DNA from: Macrostomum hystrix
Taxonomy: Eukaryota > Animalia > Platyhelminthes
Length of the DNA stretch: 64,000 nucleotides
Reading direction: 5' to 3'
Assembly (NCBI GenBank): GCA_950097015.1
Contig: CATNEN010000007.1
Coordinates: 9,920,001-9,984,000, forward strand
Shown: piece after piece, positions 34,682 to 47,203 of the stretch
Position numbering within the stretch: the stretch's first letter is position 1
Layout of the letters: each line of letters opens with the position of its first letter
Notes under the pieces: model-generated
Seen by the model: the letters and a program-made list of their open reading frames with translations, nothing else
What the model was told of the DNA's origin: nothing
Databases searched by the model: none
Position numbers and translations under genes: made by a program

Positions 34682-35593
34682 ATGACCTCACTTGCAGCTG
34701 TTCTCGTCACTGCGCTGCTGATGATGGCCCAGACCGCTGCTGCGAGCGGATTTTATCAGCAGGCCGAACTGTTCGCGACACCCGCTCTTCCGGGTGCTCT
34801 CACTGGCTGCCATCGGCTGCCGATATCGCACCTGCGGTCCTTGCTGGACTGCCAGATGCTCTGGATGAGGCTGGGGCAGTTAAATGCTAAACTCGGCTTC
34901 ATCCGCTACAATGCGTCTGACGACAGCCGAGGCTGCCAGATCTCCGCCTGGTGCGACCAGCTGCTCGTGAACGAGTCGGACCCGCTCACCGCACTGCTGC
35001 CGGTGTCCCTCGGACAGCCCCGACTCGTGCTGTTCGCGGTCAAGTCCGGAAGCCAGGTGAAGGTCCTGGACTCGTTCCTGACGCCCATCGGATGCAACCA
35101 GTCCCTCCTGGTGTCGCCGGCTGTCGGACCGCCTCCGATCCACTTCTGGCGCTCGTGCTGGCTCGACCGACTGCCCGATCTCATGAGACTGCTGTCGAGC
35201 AAGACTCTGTCTGTGGAGATTCTGAAGGACGGCGCCACAGTGCTGAAGATCTCCTTCGACGCGAGCTTCGCTGGACTGAACGTGACGAACTGGTTCGGGA
35301 AGGACAGACTGGTCGGCAGCGAGCCGGACTTGGCCATGGCGGGCAGGACCTTCAACTACTTCTCTGTCTTTGGCTATGTGAATTTATTCTTTAATCGTAC
35401 TTTTTTCATCAACATGGTTTTCGGTGGATGCAGTGCGGACTCTGGCATCCTGGCTGTGATCGAGCGGGACGAGGCCTGCGCCTGGGGCATGACTGGCGGC
35501 ATCGGCTTGCCCAGGATTCTGTACGCCCTGGCTGAGGGAACCTGGGAAAATCGCGCAGCTCTAGCTGACTACCTGCTCGTCACAGCCGCCTGA
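34682..35593 (+). CDS. Secreted protein of unknown function (303 aa, intronless)
   Basis: Signal peptide MTSLAAVLVTALLMMAQTAAA; coding-type GC bias; C-terminal NWF..DRL...FNYFSV.G...RTFFIN...GGC..D.G...C.W...P.ILY domain of a kind seen in uncharacterised invertebrate secreted proteins. Confidence 0.8.
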   Translation: MTSLAAVLVTALLMMAQTAAASGFYQQAELFATPALPGALTGCHRLPISHLRSLLDCQMLWMRLGQLNAKLGFIRYNASDDSRGCQISAWCDQLLVNESDPLTALLPVSLGQPRLVLFAVKSGSQVKVLDSFLTPIGCNQSLLVSPAVGPPPIHFWRSCWLDRLPDLMRLLSSKTLSVEILKDGATVLKISFDASFAGLNVTNWFGKDRLVGSEPDLAMAGRTFNYFSVFGYVNLFFNRTFFINMVFGGCSADSGILAVIERDEACAWGMTGGIGLPRILYALAEGTWENRAALADYLLVTAA

Positions 35594-37184
35594 TTTGAGA
35601 TGAACACTACAGTGGCGAATACTGCTTCGGTGATAGAGAAGCTTTGGTTCTTCAGATTTTTTCAAAGCTGAGTTTTAATTAATTTACTGAAAAGTAAACT
35701 ATGAATAGCATTGATATGCTACTCACTCTACTCAGTTCTATAAGTAGCACCATGCGTTTAATTTTTCCTGACTAACTTAAAGCAAAGGAATCGAGCCTAA
35801 AACAGATTTCTCAGAAGCGATATACGAGCTGTGCAAAGACATGGCGAAGACGGCTATTCGAAGGTCTTCTGCTTCCCCATCCCGAATGCATCCAATGAGC
35901 TCTGAGTCAGGTTTGCATGGCTACAAGCCGGCTAATTCAGAAGAACACTTGAAACATGAAAGCAGCCTTCCAGTCTCAGAACAGCAGTCTCGAGCTCGAT
36001 GCTCCTGAGCTGGTTGGCCAGGTTCAGCTGAACTTCGTCAATATGAAAAAACAAGTAAGTCTGCACAAGTCGGGATCTATTCCGTCCACCCTGACTTCGC
36101 CGATTGAAATTTCGACGTCGTCCAGTGGGGAATGTAGCCTCCCGGTGTCAGACTGATGCTCAGCGTCAGTTTAGCGTAGAATTCCAGCACGCGGATCTCG
36201 GATGGCTCGAAATTAATTTGTCCATTAAGCAGATGCAACTGAACTGAATTGTATGGAGACTATTATGCATTCGACTCCCGGAACTCCTGAAATGGTTTGA
36301 CTACTGGAGTAGTGTACCACAGCAAAGAGTGCAGCAATCCTCCGCTTACCTGTAAATTCTTGTAGATTAGTTCTGTACGCCGATTTTCACATTGAGATTC
36401 ATCAACTGCACATTGCCGTAGCGAATCACACTGTTCAGACCGGTTATGCGCAGTATTGAAATCTCCCAAAGCCTAAGCGGCATTCCTTCCTGTCCTAGTC
36501 TAAACATGGTCGGCATATTGTCCAGATGGGCGATGACGCAAGTGCTCAGCAAGTAGTCGGTGGTGAGATTCAGTAGTATCAGTCTTGCGTCCATTTGCAG
36601 GAGCATCAGCAGCTTCTTCCCCAGCCACTGCAGCTTCTGCATAAGTAGCAGCCATAGCGACAGCAGCAGCAACTGCACTAGCAGCAGCTTCGTCATCGTC
36701 AGCAATCCATCGATGGTCAGCAAGTCCAGTCAAAAGGAACTTCTAACCCAGTCATCTGGCGGACTCCCGGCGCGTGTAATTATAGATGCTATAATTTCTA
36801 TGCCAGTCGCGTACACATGGCGCCAGGGAAATGAACCTATGTTTATCAGAATCCATGGCAACGGTTATCGCCTCCAGAAGGAAAATCCATGGAATTGCCG
36901 TGGGCTACCCTTCTTTTAGAGGCATTTTATTATTCCAGATTACCAAAGCTGAAATAAAAAATAGGAAGAGACGAGACTTTGCCCAGTAATTGGTGGGATC
37001 TACATTGCGCGAAATTAGAATATACAGTTTTATATGGTTTAAATGATGCACGTTAATTTTACAAATTGCAAAATAAGTTTTACAAAAATTACAACCGAAG
37101 AACTTAGCTTCTTGTGCTATTTAAAGGAGTATCTTCCTGACATTTCAGCAGACAATTTATTTAAAGATAAGCCAGTCAGAGTGT

Positions 37185-38336
37185 CTAGGCGGGCAGCACC
37201 ACGGCCTTGAGCGCCTCCCGGATCTTGCGGCCCAGCTGCTCGGCCACTGTGAGCCGGATCTGCTCGCGGACGGCCTCGATCTGCAGCGCCTTGGAGACCA
37301 GGTCGCCAACCAGGCCGTTGTTGGTCACCTGAATCGGGCTCAGCCAGGCGTCGAAGAACTCCAGGCCGATGGCGCCACCCGGCGTCAGGTTGGCGCGCAG
37401 GGTGAGGCGGGCGCGGAAGTCCGTAATGTGGATGGTGATGAAGATGAGAGGCTGGCCTAGCAGCTGCACCTGCAATTTGCGAGATCTCAGATGACATTAC
37501 AATGAGCACATTGGCCAGGTGAATATGGGACTCAAATAAATATATGGACTAAGGGGCTCAAGGGACTCAGGGAGCGACGGGACGCTGACCTGGAAGGCGC
37601 CGCGCACGTTGCGAATGTGCACGCAGGTCTTGGCCTCCGCCAAGGCGCCGCCGAGCGGCTTCAACTGCAGGCTGCAGCTGCGGCTCACATTGTCCAGGCC
37701 GGCCACACGCAGGTTGACAATCTTGATGAAGCCCGGGAGGCTGATCTCTGCGGGAAGGTCTACCTGAGCGAGTCCCTTGAACAGGTCCGTGCGCAGGATG
37801 TAGTCCGCGGCGAGGTTCACCGCAGCTGTGGTGTCGTCAGCTGACTGTGCGGCTGTGGGCGATGCGGATTCGAGTGAGAGTGAGAGCAGATGTGAGAGCA
37901 GATGTGAGAGCAGATGTGAGAGCAGATGTGAGAGCAGATGTGAGAGCAGATGTGAGAGCAGATGTGAGAGCAGATGTGAGAGCAGATGTGAGAGCAGATG
38001 TGAGAGCAGATGTGAGAGCAGATGTGAGAGAAGATGTGAGAGCAGATGTGAGAGCAGATGTGAGAGTAGATGTGAGAGAAGATGTGAGAGCAGATGTGAG
38101 AGCAGATGTGAGAGAAGATGTGAGAGCAGATGTGAGAGAAGATGTGAGAGAAGATGTGAGAGAAGATGTGAGAGCAGACAGTGAGAGCAGACAGTGAGAA
38201 CAGTGAGAACAGTAAGAGCAGCCTGAATATGGCAGCCTGTTCTAGTGGACTTGCATCCCAGGGTCTCACCCGCAGTGCCAAGCAGCAGCAGCAGCAGTAA
38301 CGGAAGTCGAACAGTGACCAGCAGGAAATATTGCAT
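37185..38336 (-). CDS. Secreted ~205-aa protein, TULIP (BPI/Takeout/group-7 allergen)-like, 3 exons
   Basis: Exons 38336-38270 (signal peptide), 37852-37590 and 37469-37185, phase-consistent. Alternating hydrophobic beta-strands, VAGLDNVSRSC motif and a long C-terminal amphipathic helix. Fold call is inference. Confidence 0.7.
37878..38195. repeat. 12-bp tandem repeat (GAGAGCAGATGT), ~26 copies, intron 1 of the TULIP-like gene
   Basis: Direct tandem units. Confidence 0.97.
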
Positions 38337-38864
38337 AATTTTCTGTCTATTTTTTTCTTAGTGTTTGGTCTAAACGGGAGTCCCTAAGTCGAGTCCGTAG
38401 GCACTTTTGCTCGGCAACAGAACCAGGCACAGTGCTGATAGGTAGACAGGTTTTACCTTCTGTCACAGTGGAATTATTATCGTGAGACTTTGTCATTCTT
38501 TAGCTAGGGCGCGGGGCGCGACTGCAGATAATGCACTCTGCAGTTATTTCAGTTATTGCAGTTATTGCACTGCACTAAATGCGATTGTAGGAACGCCATG
38601 TAATGTGCAAATCAAAGCAAAAATTATAAGTATAGGCACAAAAAATAATCAATTGATTCTTCAGCAACAATTCGAATGTATTTTCACTTATCGCTGGCGA
38701 ACTATTAAATAAGTCGAGAGCCTAACCCTAACCCAATTGGGATAAATAAGATATTGCCGCTTAACTCGATCTGGCATCTAAACCTGGGACTCTACTGAAC
38801 TTTTTTGACTCATATTTGACCCATTACCAGTCGTTTTGATAGTTGACTCAACCTGATTATCAAG

Positions 38865-39260
38865 ACCCATCCTGACCTTTCATGACCTTTCATGACCCAT
38901 TCCGACCCATCCTGACCCGTCCTGACCAATGATGACCCTTCCTGACCCTTCCTGACCAATCCTGACCAATACTTACCCGTCCTGAACAATCCTGAACCGT
39001 CCTGACTCATCTTAACCCTTCCTGCTCAATCCTGACCCGTCTTGACCCATCCTGACCCGTCCTGACTCATCCTAACCCATCCTGACCCATCCTAACCCAT
39101 CCTGACCCATCAATCCTGACAGTCCTGACTATCCTGACTATCCTGACCAATCCTGAACCTTGCTGACCCATCAAGACCCATCCTGACTATCGTGACTCAA
39201 CCTTATCCTGATCCCCATTAAACAGTCCTGACAATAATGACCCCAATCGACCTGACTATC
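38865..39260. repeat. Degenerate 10-bp tandem repeat (CCTGACCCAT)
   Basis: Recurrent CCTGAC(C/T)N(A/G)T units. Confidence 0.85.
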
Positions 39261-39350
39261 CACCCAGGTCAGATCTAATTTCGCCCGCCTAAATTATCGG
39301 CAAAGTGAATTTCCATCGTCTGCTGAACGATGCCGATAGCAGAAGGCGGG

Positions 39351-40641
39351 TCACTTCAGGATGCCGAACGGCAGCTTCCGCGCCACCGGCTGGCAGTCCG
39401 CAGCCACAGCGGCGGCTCCGCCGCACTCGTCCGCCATCAGCCGCAGCAGTAGCGGCGGCTCCGCCTTCGCCTCAGACTTTCTCATCTTTGGCTTCGTCAA
39501 GGTGGCGCCGTTTTGAGCCGGTGTGGTATAGCGCCTGCGAAATAGGACATCAAATGGCTGCCAGGGTGCATAAGCAACTTTTTAAATCGTCTTATCGACC
39601 CCACTCTCAATCTCATCGATCTCCCTTTCAATCTCATCGATCTCCCTCTCAATCTCATCGATCTCCCTCTCAATCTCATCGATCTCCCTCTTAATCTCAT
39701 CGATCTCCCTCTCAATCTCATCGATCTCCCTCTCAATCTCATCGATCTCCCTCTCAATCTCATCAATTTCCCTCTGAATTTCATCGATCTCCCTCTGAAT
39801 CTCATCGATCTCCATTATCAAATTCGCGCCCTCCGCACCTGCAGGCCGCCAGGTCGGGCATTGGGGCGCCCCAGGCGGCCTCCAGCCGGCAGCCGATGCC
39901 ATAGACAATGAGTGCCGCCCGCGCCGCCGCCGCCGCCTCGGTTGCCATCTGCAGTGTCAGCGGTCGGCGCTGCCAGTAGGCGTGCCCGCTCGAGTTCTCC
40001 TCAGCCAGCGGCATCCAGCCGGCAGCTGCCGAGTTCGCGGCCGTCGCGGACAGCTGCAGCAGGGCCCGCAGGCTGACGCGCCGTCTTGGCAGGCCGCTCC
40101 GCACCAGCAAGGCCTCGAAGGCCAGCCCGATGTCGCAGATTCGGCGCCAATGACCCAACGCGAAGGCGGCAGTCAGCTCACTGGCGTCATCAACGCCATA
40201 GTGAAAGACTTTCGTAATCTCTGCGGACTGCAGCAGCCTGCCCAGGCCGCCACGGCCGAGCACCTCCGGCCGGCGGGTCAGGTCGATCAAGTAAGTCGGC
40301 GCCGTGGCAGCCGCAGCGTCGTTGGCGACTTCGCGACAGACCGCCACCGCCAGCAAGACCGGCGAATGGCGCGGAGGGCCACCTCGGCGGCAACTGATCG
40401 CTAGGAGGGGCGGCCCGCTTCCGCCGCTCCCGCTGTCTCTGTAGTCGTCGTCGAGGAACAGAAGCGAGTCAACAAGGCGGCCGCAGGCAGCTGGGGATTC
40501 GAGCAGGCGGATACCCGCTTCGGCCAGCTGCTCTCGCTTCACGGCCTCAGAGGCCCCGGCTGAGCACTGCACGGCCAGCGCGGCCGCAGCCGCTTCCGCC
40601 GCCTCGGCCTCAGCAGCCGATGGACAGTTGGCGCGCCTCAT
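39351..40641 (-). CDS. EXD1/Egalitarian-like DEDDy 3'-5' exonuclease-domain protein with degenerate catalytic motifs, 2 exons
   Basis: Exons 40641-39839 and 39534-39351 (phase 2). TYLID, LGRLLQSAEITKVFH...D, ICDIGLAF, VSLRALL and YWQRRPLT are typical of the EXD1/Egl nuclease domain. Confidence 0.8.
39592..39812. repeat. 21-bp tandem repeat (TCTCAATCTCATCGATCTCCC), ~10 copies, in the EXD-like intron
   Basis: Direct tandem units. Confidence 0.95.
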
Positions 40642-41398
40642 CACAGCCTGAGCAGCTAAGGAAACCTTAGTGAGCTTGTTGTTGCCTACTTGCCTCTTCT
40701 CTCTCTGCTTCTTTTGTGCTCTGCTCTCCTTATTGTGGTGTCTTATTTAGCTCTCGGCTTGCTCTCCCTCCTCTCTTCCGCTCTGAGTGCGTTGCAGAGA
40801 CTTCAATTTCTTCAATATAAATTCAATAGCCTGAGTTTATGCAATTCATTGAAAATGTAGGGCTTGATTTATTACTACCAGTAGAATATAAAGCTTTAAT
40901 TATAGACTGGGTGGATATGGAATTCCGACACAAAAATAGTCACTTTGGACTTTCAAAAAACATATTGTTACAATTTTTCTTTATTTGAACGCATTTATAA
41001 AAGTTGTGTACAACTCTTCAGTCCGTGGACTGGAGATGGTGGTACACATTTTACAGCTGCAGATTAGCTGAAGCTCAGGGGAATCGGGAACTAGTTTCAA
41101 CATTCGGTGAAGTTCTGGCGTTGCTGACCCCGAGCGGTGCCCGGCAGAGTCGGCCCTTTAACCCAGCAGATTCAGCTGCCCCTCGCTTTTCTTCTTCTGC
41201 TTTACTTTTTTGTCTTCTGCTTTTTTCCTGAGAGCTTCTCATCGGGGGTTCTCAGAGCGGGGCTCTCCGCATTCCTTTCTCCCTCGCTCTCCGTCTCTCA
41301 GGTGGCCAAGAAACTGATTATTAAGTCCTCGAGACCTGCTTGAGCTGCGGCCGAATGGCCTGGGCGTTTACTCTGTGCGGGCTCTCGCTTCAGCTCAT

Positions 41399-41482
41399 TG
41401 TGTGTGTGTGAGTGTGTGTGTGAGTGTGTGTGTGTGTGTGTGTGTGAGTGTGTGTGAGTGTGTGTGTGTGTGCGTGTGTGTG
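41399..41482. repeat. (TG)n microsatellite with GA interruptions
   Basis: Direct observation. Confidence 0.95.
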
Positions 41483-41749
41483 CTCAGTTCATCAGCCAGG
41501 CGAAAGTTAAATCTATTCATAGCAAGCAGCCATAGAGGCATTTACCTAGCCTAGCGGTGGACAAACAGTGCCTCATCAGCGCAGGAGAGAAAGATGTAAA
41601 ATGTAAAATATTTTTTCTGATTTCTAAGACGGAAAAGGAAGCTCCGGATTTAGGGCATCTGAGTGCAGCATTTCTGGATTTCCAGGTTCAGGACTCAAAG
41701 ACTTTCTCAACCTGGGACCTCAAAATACGGGACTTCTAATTTGGGACTC

Positions 41750-42623
41750 ATGAACTTAGAGACTTCTAAATTCGAGACCTCCGCATTCTGGACTTCTGTT
41801 TGAGGGACTTCTAAATTCGAGACTTCCGCATTCTGGACTTCTGTTTGAGGGACTTCTAAATTCGAGACCTCCGCATTCTGGACTTCTGTTTGAGGGACTT
41901 CTAAATTCGAGACTTCCGCATTCTGGACTTCTGTTTGAGGGACTTCTAAATTCGAGACCTCCGCATTCTGGACTTCTGTTTGAGGGACTTCTAAATTCGA
42001 GACTTCCGCATTCTGGACTTCTGTTTGAGGGACTTCTAAATTCGAGACCTCCGCATTCTGGACTTCTGTTTGAGGGACTTCTAAATTCGAGACTTCCGCA
42101 TTCTGGACTTCTGTTTGAGGGACTTCTAAATTCGAGACCTCCGCATTCTGGACTTCTGTTTGAGGGACTTCTAAATTCGAGACTTCCGCATTCTGGACTT
42201 CTGTTTGAGGGACTTCTAAATTCGAGACCTCCGCATTCTGGACTTCTGTTTGAGGGACTTCTAAATTCGAGACTTCCGCATTCTGGACTTCTGTTTGAGG
42301 GACTTCTAAATTCGAGACCTCCGCATTCTGGACTTCTGTTTGAGGGACTTCTAAATTCGAGACCTCTGTAATCTGGACTTCTGTTTGAGGGACTTCTAAA
42401 TTCGAGACTTCCGCATTCTGGACTTCTGTTTGAGGGACTTCTAAATTCGAGACCTCCGCATTCTGGACTTCTGTTTGAGGGACTTCTAAATTCGAGACTT
42501 CCGCATTCTGGACTTCTGTTTGAGGGACTTCTAAATTCGAGACCTCTGTAATCTGGACTTCTGTTTGAGGGACTTCTAAATTCGAGACCTCTGTAATCTG
42601 GACTTCTGTTTGAGGGACTTCTG
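41750..42623. repeat. Minisatellite, 45-bp unit (three 15-bp subunits), ~19 copies with 90-bp higher-order alternation
   Basis: GACTTCTAAATTCGA-GAC(C/T)TCCGCATTCTG-GACTTCTGTTTGAGG units. Confidence 0.97.
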
Positions 42624-42855
42624 TATTTGATTTCGGGTTCTTGGTTCTTGTAAGGCTGACCATCTAAGCTCAGGACGGACCATAAAAAGTTCTTTGACGT
42701 TGCAGATCTTTTTGCTTTGCCAACTCATAAAAAACGAAAGGACTCATTCCGTGTAGGCATATGAGCACAGCTCAATGTCTGGCGCACATCTGCACTAATG
42801 TCTAACAAGCCCTGTCGCACCATAAGGGGCTGAGAATATCTCTTAGCCAAGGCCT

Positions 42856-42862
42856 TATAAAA
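42856..42862 (+). promoter_or_regulatory. Candidate TATA box (TATAAAA) of the TAL gene
   Basis: Consensus match ~340 bp upstream of ATG 43194, with an acceptor at 43181 implying a short 5' UTR exon/intron. Confidence 0.35.
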
Positions 42863-43193
42863 CACTCCCAGAGACTCAGACTCAGAGTCTCAGGGCAGCA
42901 GTGACGGCTCTAATTTAGCTCTAACATAAAGAAACCAGCTGAAAAAAACAAGCTCAGAATATGACACTGAGCTGTGAGCATGGAACAGAAGGGACAGGCA
43001 GTGTCTGGCGCCCACCCGCCTGCGGCGGCTCCGCCCATGTGATTGGCTGGCCGGCCTTCTGTCCAACACGTCCAGCCCACCTGCCCGCGCTATCTTGTGC
43101 CACCGCCCTCACATATGCGCTCTGGCAGCTCATTGCCCTGAGAGCGCAGCTCGGGAGACGCAATTTTCCACCGATTCGCAGACAACACCGAGC

Positions 43194-44374
43194 ATGGCAG
43201 ATTTTCTAAAGGCTTTCGAAGCCATCGACCAGGATTTCAGCGGCGAGATCACCAAAGAGGAGCTGGAGGATTACTGCAGGAAACAGGAGTTCGATGATCG
43301 CTTCATTCAGGTGACTGGTGAAATTATAAAAAAAATAGGATTTGTTGAGTGCGCTGAGCCTACAGGCCAAGACATGAAAATTGAGGGCTAATCTTATCGA
43401 TGCCGAGTTCATGTGCTAACTTGTTTAGAGGGCCCTGTGTGCCCAGCAATAAATCAGCTCTTTCTTATCAACCCACTCGCACAGAAATGGCTGGACCTGT
43501 TCGACTCTGACAACAGCGGCACGATCACGGTGGAGGAGTACTGCGAGACTCTGGGACTCACGCCCAACACCGACTACATGTGAGAGCCTCGCTTCTATGG
43601 CCGCTTGCTTGATGAGTCACCCAATCGAAAACTAATACATCGGCAGGCGTTGATGTGGGTTCACGAGATGCTGTCCAATTATAGACCCTTTCCGAAAGAC
43701 CCTAGCGGGAGAGTGAGCTGGTCGTTCAGGATGCAGTCCAATCATAGACTCTTTCCAAAGACTTGCAGGGGGAGTGAGGTGGTTGCACACATAATGCCGT
43801 CCAATCAGCGGATTGTATAGCTCGTAGAGTAATTTTATGGCTCTGCAAAAGGCAAACAAGGCTGCATTGACTAAGTAAACTAATGTGAATTTGAACCCAA
43901 AATGAAAAAAAGCTGAGGTCGCGAAGAAAACTTAGAATTTTTGCCCCAGAGCCAATTGTTATATGCACCTCGCTTGCCCGCAGCGAGAAAGTACAATCCC
44001 ACCGCCAGCAGGCAGGACCACCTGGCTCTAGCGCAGATGACAATGACGGCTACGCCGACCACGTGGACGTCGACGGTGTAGAAATGGGTGACGATCTAGA
44101 TGGCGTCCAGATCCTCGCCATCGATGATCAGCTGCCGGCTGACCTGTTGCGCGCATGTGTCCGGCTGGCCCGGGAAGGCCAAGCCGCTTACACTGTGGAG
44201 AAGGACATTGCCAAGCACATCAAGTGCGGCCTGGACCAGCTGGACGGCCGGGCCTGGCATACTATCGTGGGCCGGTTCCAGTACGGCTCCTTCTGCACTC
44301 ATGAGGTCGGCCGCATGGTGCACTTCTTTGTTGGCCGGTTCGCCGTGCTGGTCTGGCGCACTCCTGACTATTGA
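43194..44374 (+). CDS. Tegument allergen-like (TAL) protein: two EF-hands plus a C-terminal dynein-light-chain-like domain, 3 exons
   Basis: Exons 43194-43310, 43485-43579 and 43984-44374. EF loops DQDFSGEITKEE and DSDNSGTITVEE; DLC domain EKDIAKHIKCGLDQLDGRAWHTIVG...YGSFCTHE...FAVLVWRT. Confidence 0.92.
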
Positions 44375-47203
44375 AAAGCAACTTATTTTCTCTTGACAAG
44401 CAGTTGTGCCTTATTTGATTGGCTTGCACTTTTAAATTGGCTTTTATGAGTACTTTGATTCACTATTATCGAAATTTTATCAAGGAGAATTTTCTTTGTG
44501 GGTAATTTATGTTACTATAATCAACATAAAAAACTCTAAGTATAATCACTTTGGAGGATTCGATCTCACGGCATCACCGCATAATGTTTTATTTCTAATA
44601 ACTATGCGTTGCACAGTTATTGCACAGTAATATTTCCTCGTGGCTATATAGTTAGAATTGATTTAATGATTGCGCATAAATTTTTAAATCTAATATTGGT
44701 AACCTTGAACATACATGCAATAGAATTTAAATTTGCTTAAAAGAATCAGAGATGATATTCTTTACCAATCATCATTATAAGAAGCGCTTATTACGAAAGT
44801 ATATAAAAAGTACGATCAAAAGTCTCCAGTGCAGCACAACAAAGGTTATAAAACTACTTTTTATAATTTGAGTCAGTCATTGGAAGCAAGGTTTAAGTCC
44901 TGAATAGTCTTCATGGCAAGATAGCTCTATATACTTACATATAATACATACTTTGCATACTTACATACGTCTGTAGCTAATTACAGTGTGAATTCACAAT
45001 TGACAGCACCTCAAGAAATATCAAGAAATGTTTTTGCAGCATTTAGTCTCCATTTTCAGTCCCTTATTTAATAATATTACATTTTTATAAATACACAAAG
45101 TTCGAAACACAAAAAAACAAATAGAACATTTGAGTCGCACACTAATGGGAGTAGAGCATAGTATACGAGATGTAGCTAACTTGAACGGATTATTAATTCA
45201 CAAAATTTTACTCTAAGGATTGTTTAAGCCAAACTTTTAAAAGTCTTTTTTTGTTTTTTTTATGAGGAGAAAGCAGTTATTTTCAGTTCAAGGACTTCAA
45301 GGTAAACTATAGTGATTGCATCGGTTTGGCTCAAGTAAAACAAAAAGTGGTCTTTAATTCTAATCTAGTCTCTCAAATTTCGCGTCTTTTGCAAAAAATT
45401 CAAGTAAAAATAAAATTTGTTATTATTTTTGCTTTTTGTGCTTCTTTTATTCGTTACGTTTAGCTACGAGAATAAAATATTGTTTAAAATCAAATATTTC
45501 TGGCCCATATCTTCTAGTATCAGAAATACGAAAACTAACAATCGAATATAATTTTTTTTACCATCCGGAGTTTATGTTTTTAAAGGTACATTTTTATACT
45601 GTCGTCAAAACTAGCGCTATTATAGCCGACAGTATATCTAACTTAATGTTGTTATTGACATATTGTTAGCAGGATTCGTAAAAATCGCATATACATAAAG
45701 ATAAATTTACATAACTTTGTTCTAAATAAGATTATGTGTTAAAAACATTTAACAGAGTCAGAAAATGTACCAGAACTTATTAAAATCTAACGATTCATTA
45801 TTTTACTTGATTCTTGAGACCTGAAGCATAAGTTTAGTAAAAAGTACTTGCTTTTTTGCTATCTGTTTTCATAGGGTAGTTTTTCACAAATAAATGGAGA
45901 ATTTGCTTTCCTAAAAAGTTATTTACATTTTTTATAAAAATAGGCATGGTAGTTAGTTTTCTTCGAGCTATTGGCTAGCTTTTGCTAATTTTTGTATGAT
46001 ATATATTTTTACGATACATTTTTAATGATTGTATGTCATAAAATTAAAAGTCATTATTCATTTATAAAAATATACTTACTTCTCAATGTGTTAAATCGAA
46101 GTTAAGTTTCTCTTTATTTTAATGCAAAAATAACAGTACAGCAGTTTTCTTGTCATTGTAAATAGCTGACATAAAAATAGCTCTTGTAGTGTAGTTAGTA
46201 ATTATGGGTAACTTTGTATTAAAAGTTGAAAGTAACTTTTAACAAAAGCAAGCACTCCTATTTTGTTGCTTACAGAACAATTGAGACATTCTTTACAGAA
46301 CATTTTAAACAATTGAATTAGAGTCGAAAAAATCTATATATATTTTTTAAGTATTGGCTTTCATTTTTATATATGCTCTTAAGATATAAAAAGTCGTTTC
46401 TTGCTTTTTGCCTTTGAGTCCTGAGTCCTGAACTTAAGAAGCCCGCTATGGTTTGAGTATTTATGGGGTTTATATTACGAGTTATTCTGTAGTTGCAATG
46501 AATTAATTTTTTGTGGGATGAATTATTAGAACTGAAGGCACTTTTCAATTGCGTTATTCATTTGTTTTAATGAAGGCAATTGAAAATCAGCCTGAAAACT
46601 TCTTGCTCGAACTCAAGACAAACTAAAAAGTCTGGGGATTAGTCCGGAATCTATTAAGCTGTCCTTTATGCACGATTTCTGCTGACTGGATCTACAATGG
46701 CTTTCAGTTCGGGAGGCATTAGCCCGGTACTTCGGACCCTGGGGGAAGCCCAGCTTAGCCCGGCTTGAGAGGCTTTCGGACGTAAATCCCATTCAGGCCG
46801 GAGCCGGCGAACAAACGGGCCTGCTCCCCTGCCGACCTCCACAGGCCCTCGAGCCCCAGTGAGCACAGGACTCGAGCCCCGCACTGCCCAGTGAGCACAG
46901 GACTCAGACACCCGCCCCTCTTTCGTTCCGGGAGGGAGCGATTCCCATAGAATTCCTTGCTGGATGTAGGCAGCGGGTGGTATGGGCGGCTGGGAGATTT
47001 ATTTGCTACTGAAAGCCACCTTGGGCAATCCAAGATACTGCTGCTGCTGTTGCTAGAAACTTCACTGCTGCGTTCACTGATTAGATTTGAAAACTGACGT
47101 GACAACCGTACAAATCTGTTTCGTTGAAAATCTGAATGCCAAACCAAACTATTGCTGGCACGTGACCGGTTGGACCAAATGCCACTTCCCTCCCGCAGCA
47201 GAC

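Noticed and set aside
35800-36900. Coding-like minus-strand fragments (DDDEAAASAVAAA..., GDFNTAH)
   Set aside because: Multiple stops and no identifiable family; GDFN alone is insufficient to call a LINE endonuclease
38721-38734. CCTAACCCTAACCC telomere-like motif
   Set aside because: Only about two units; not significant
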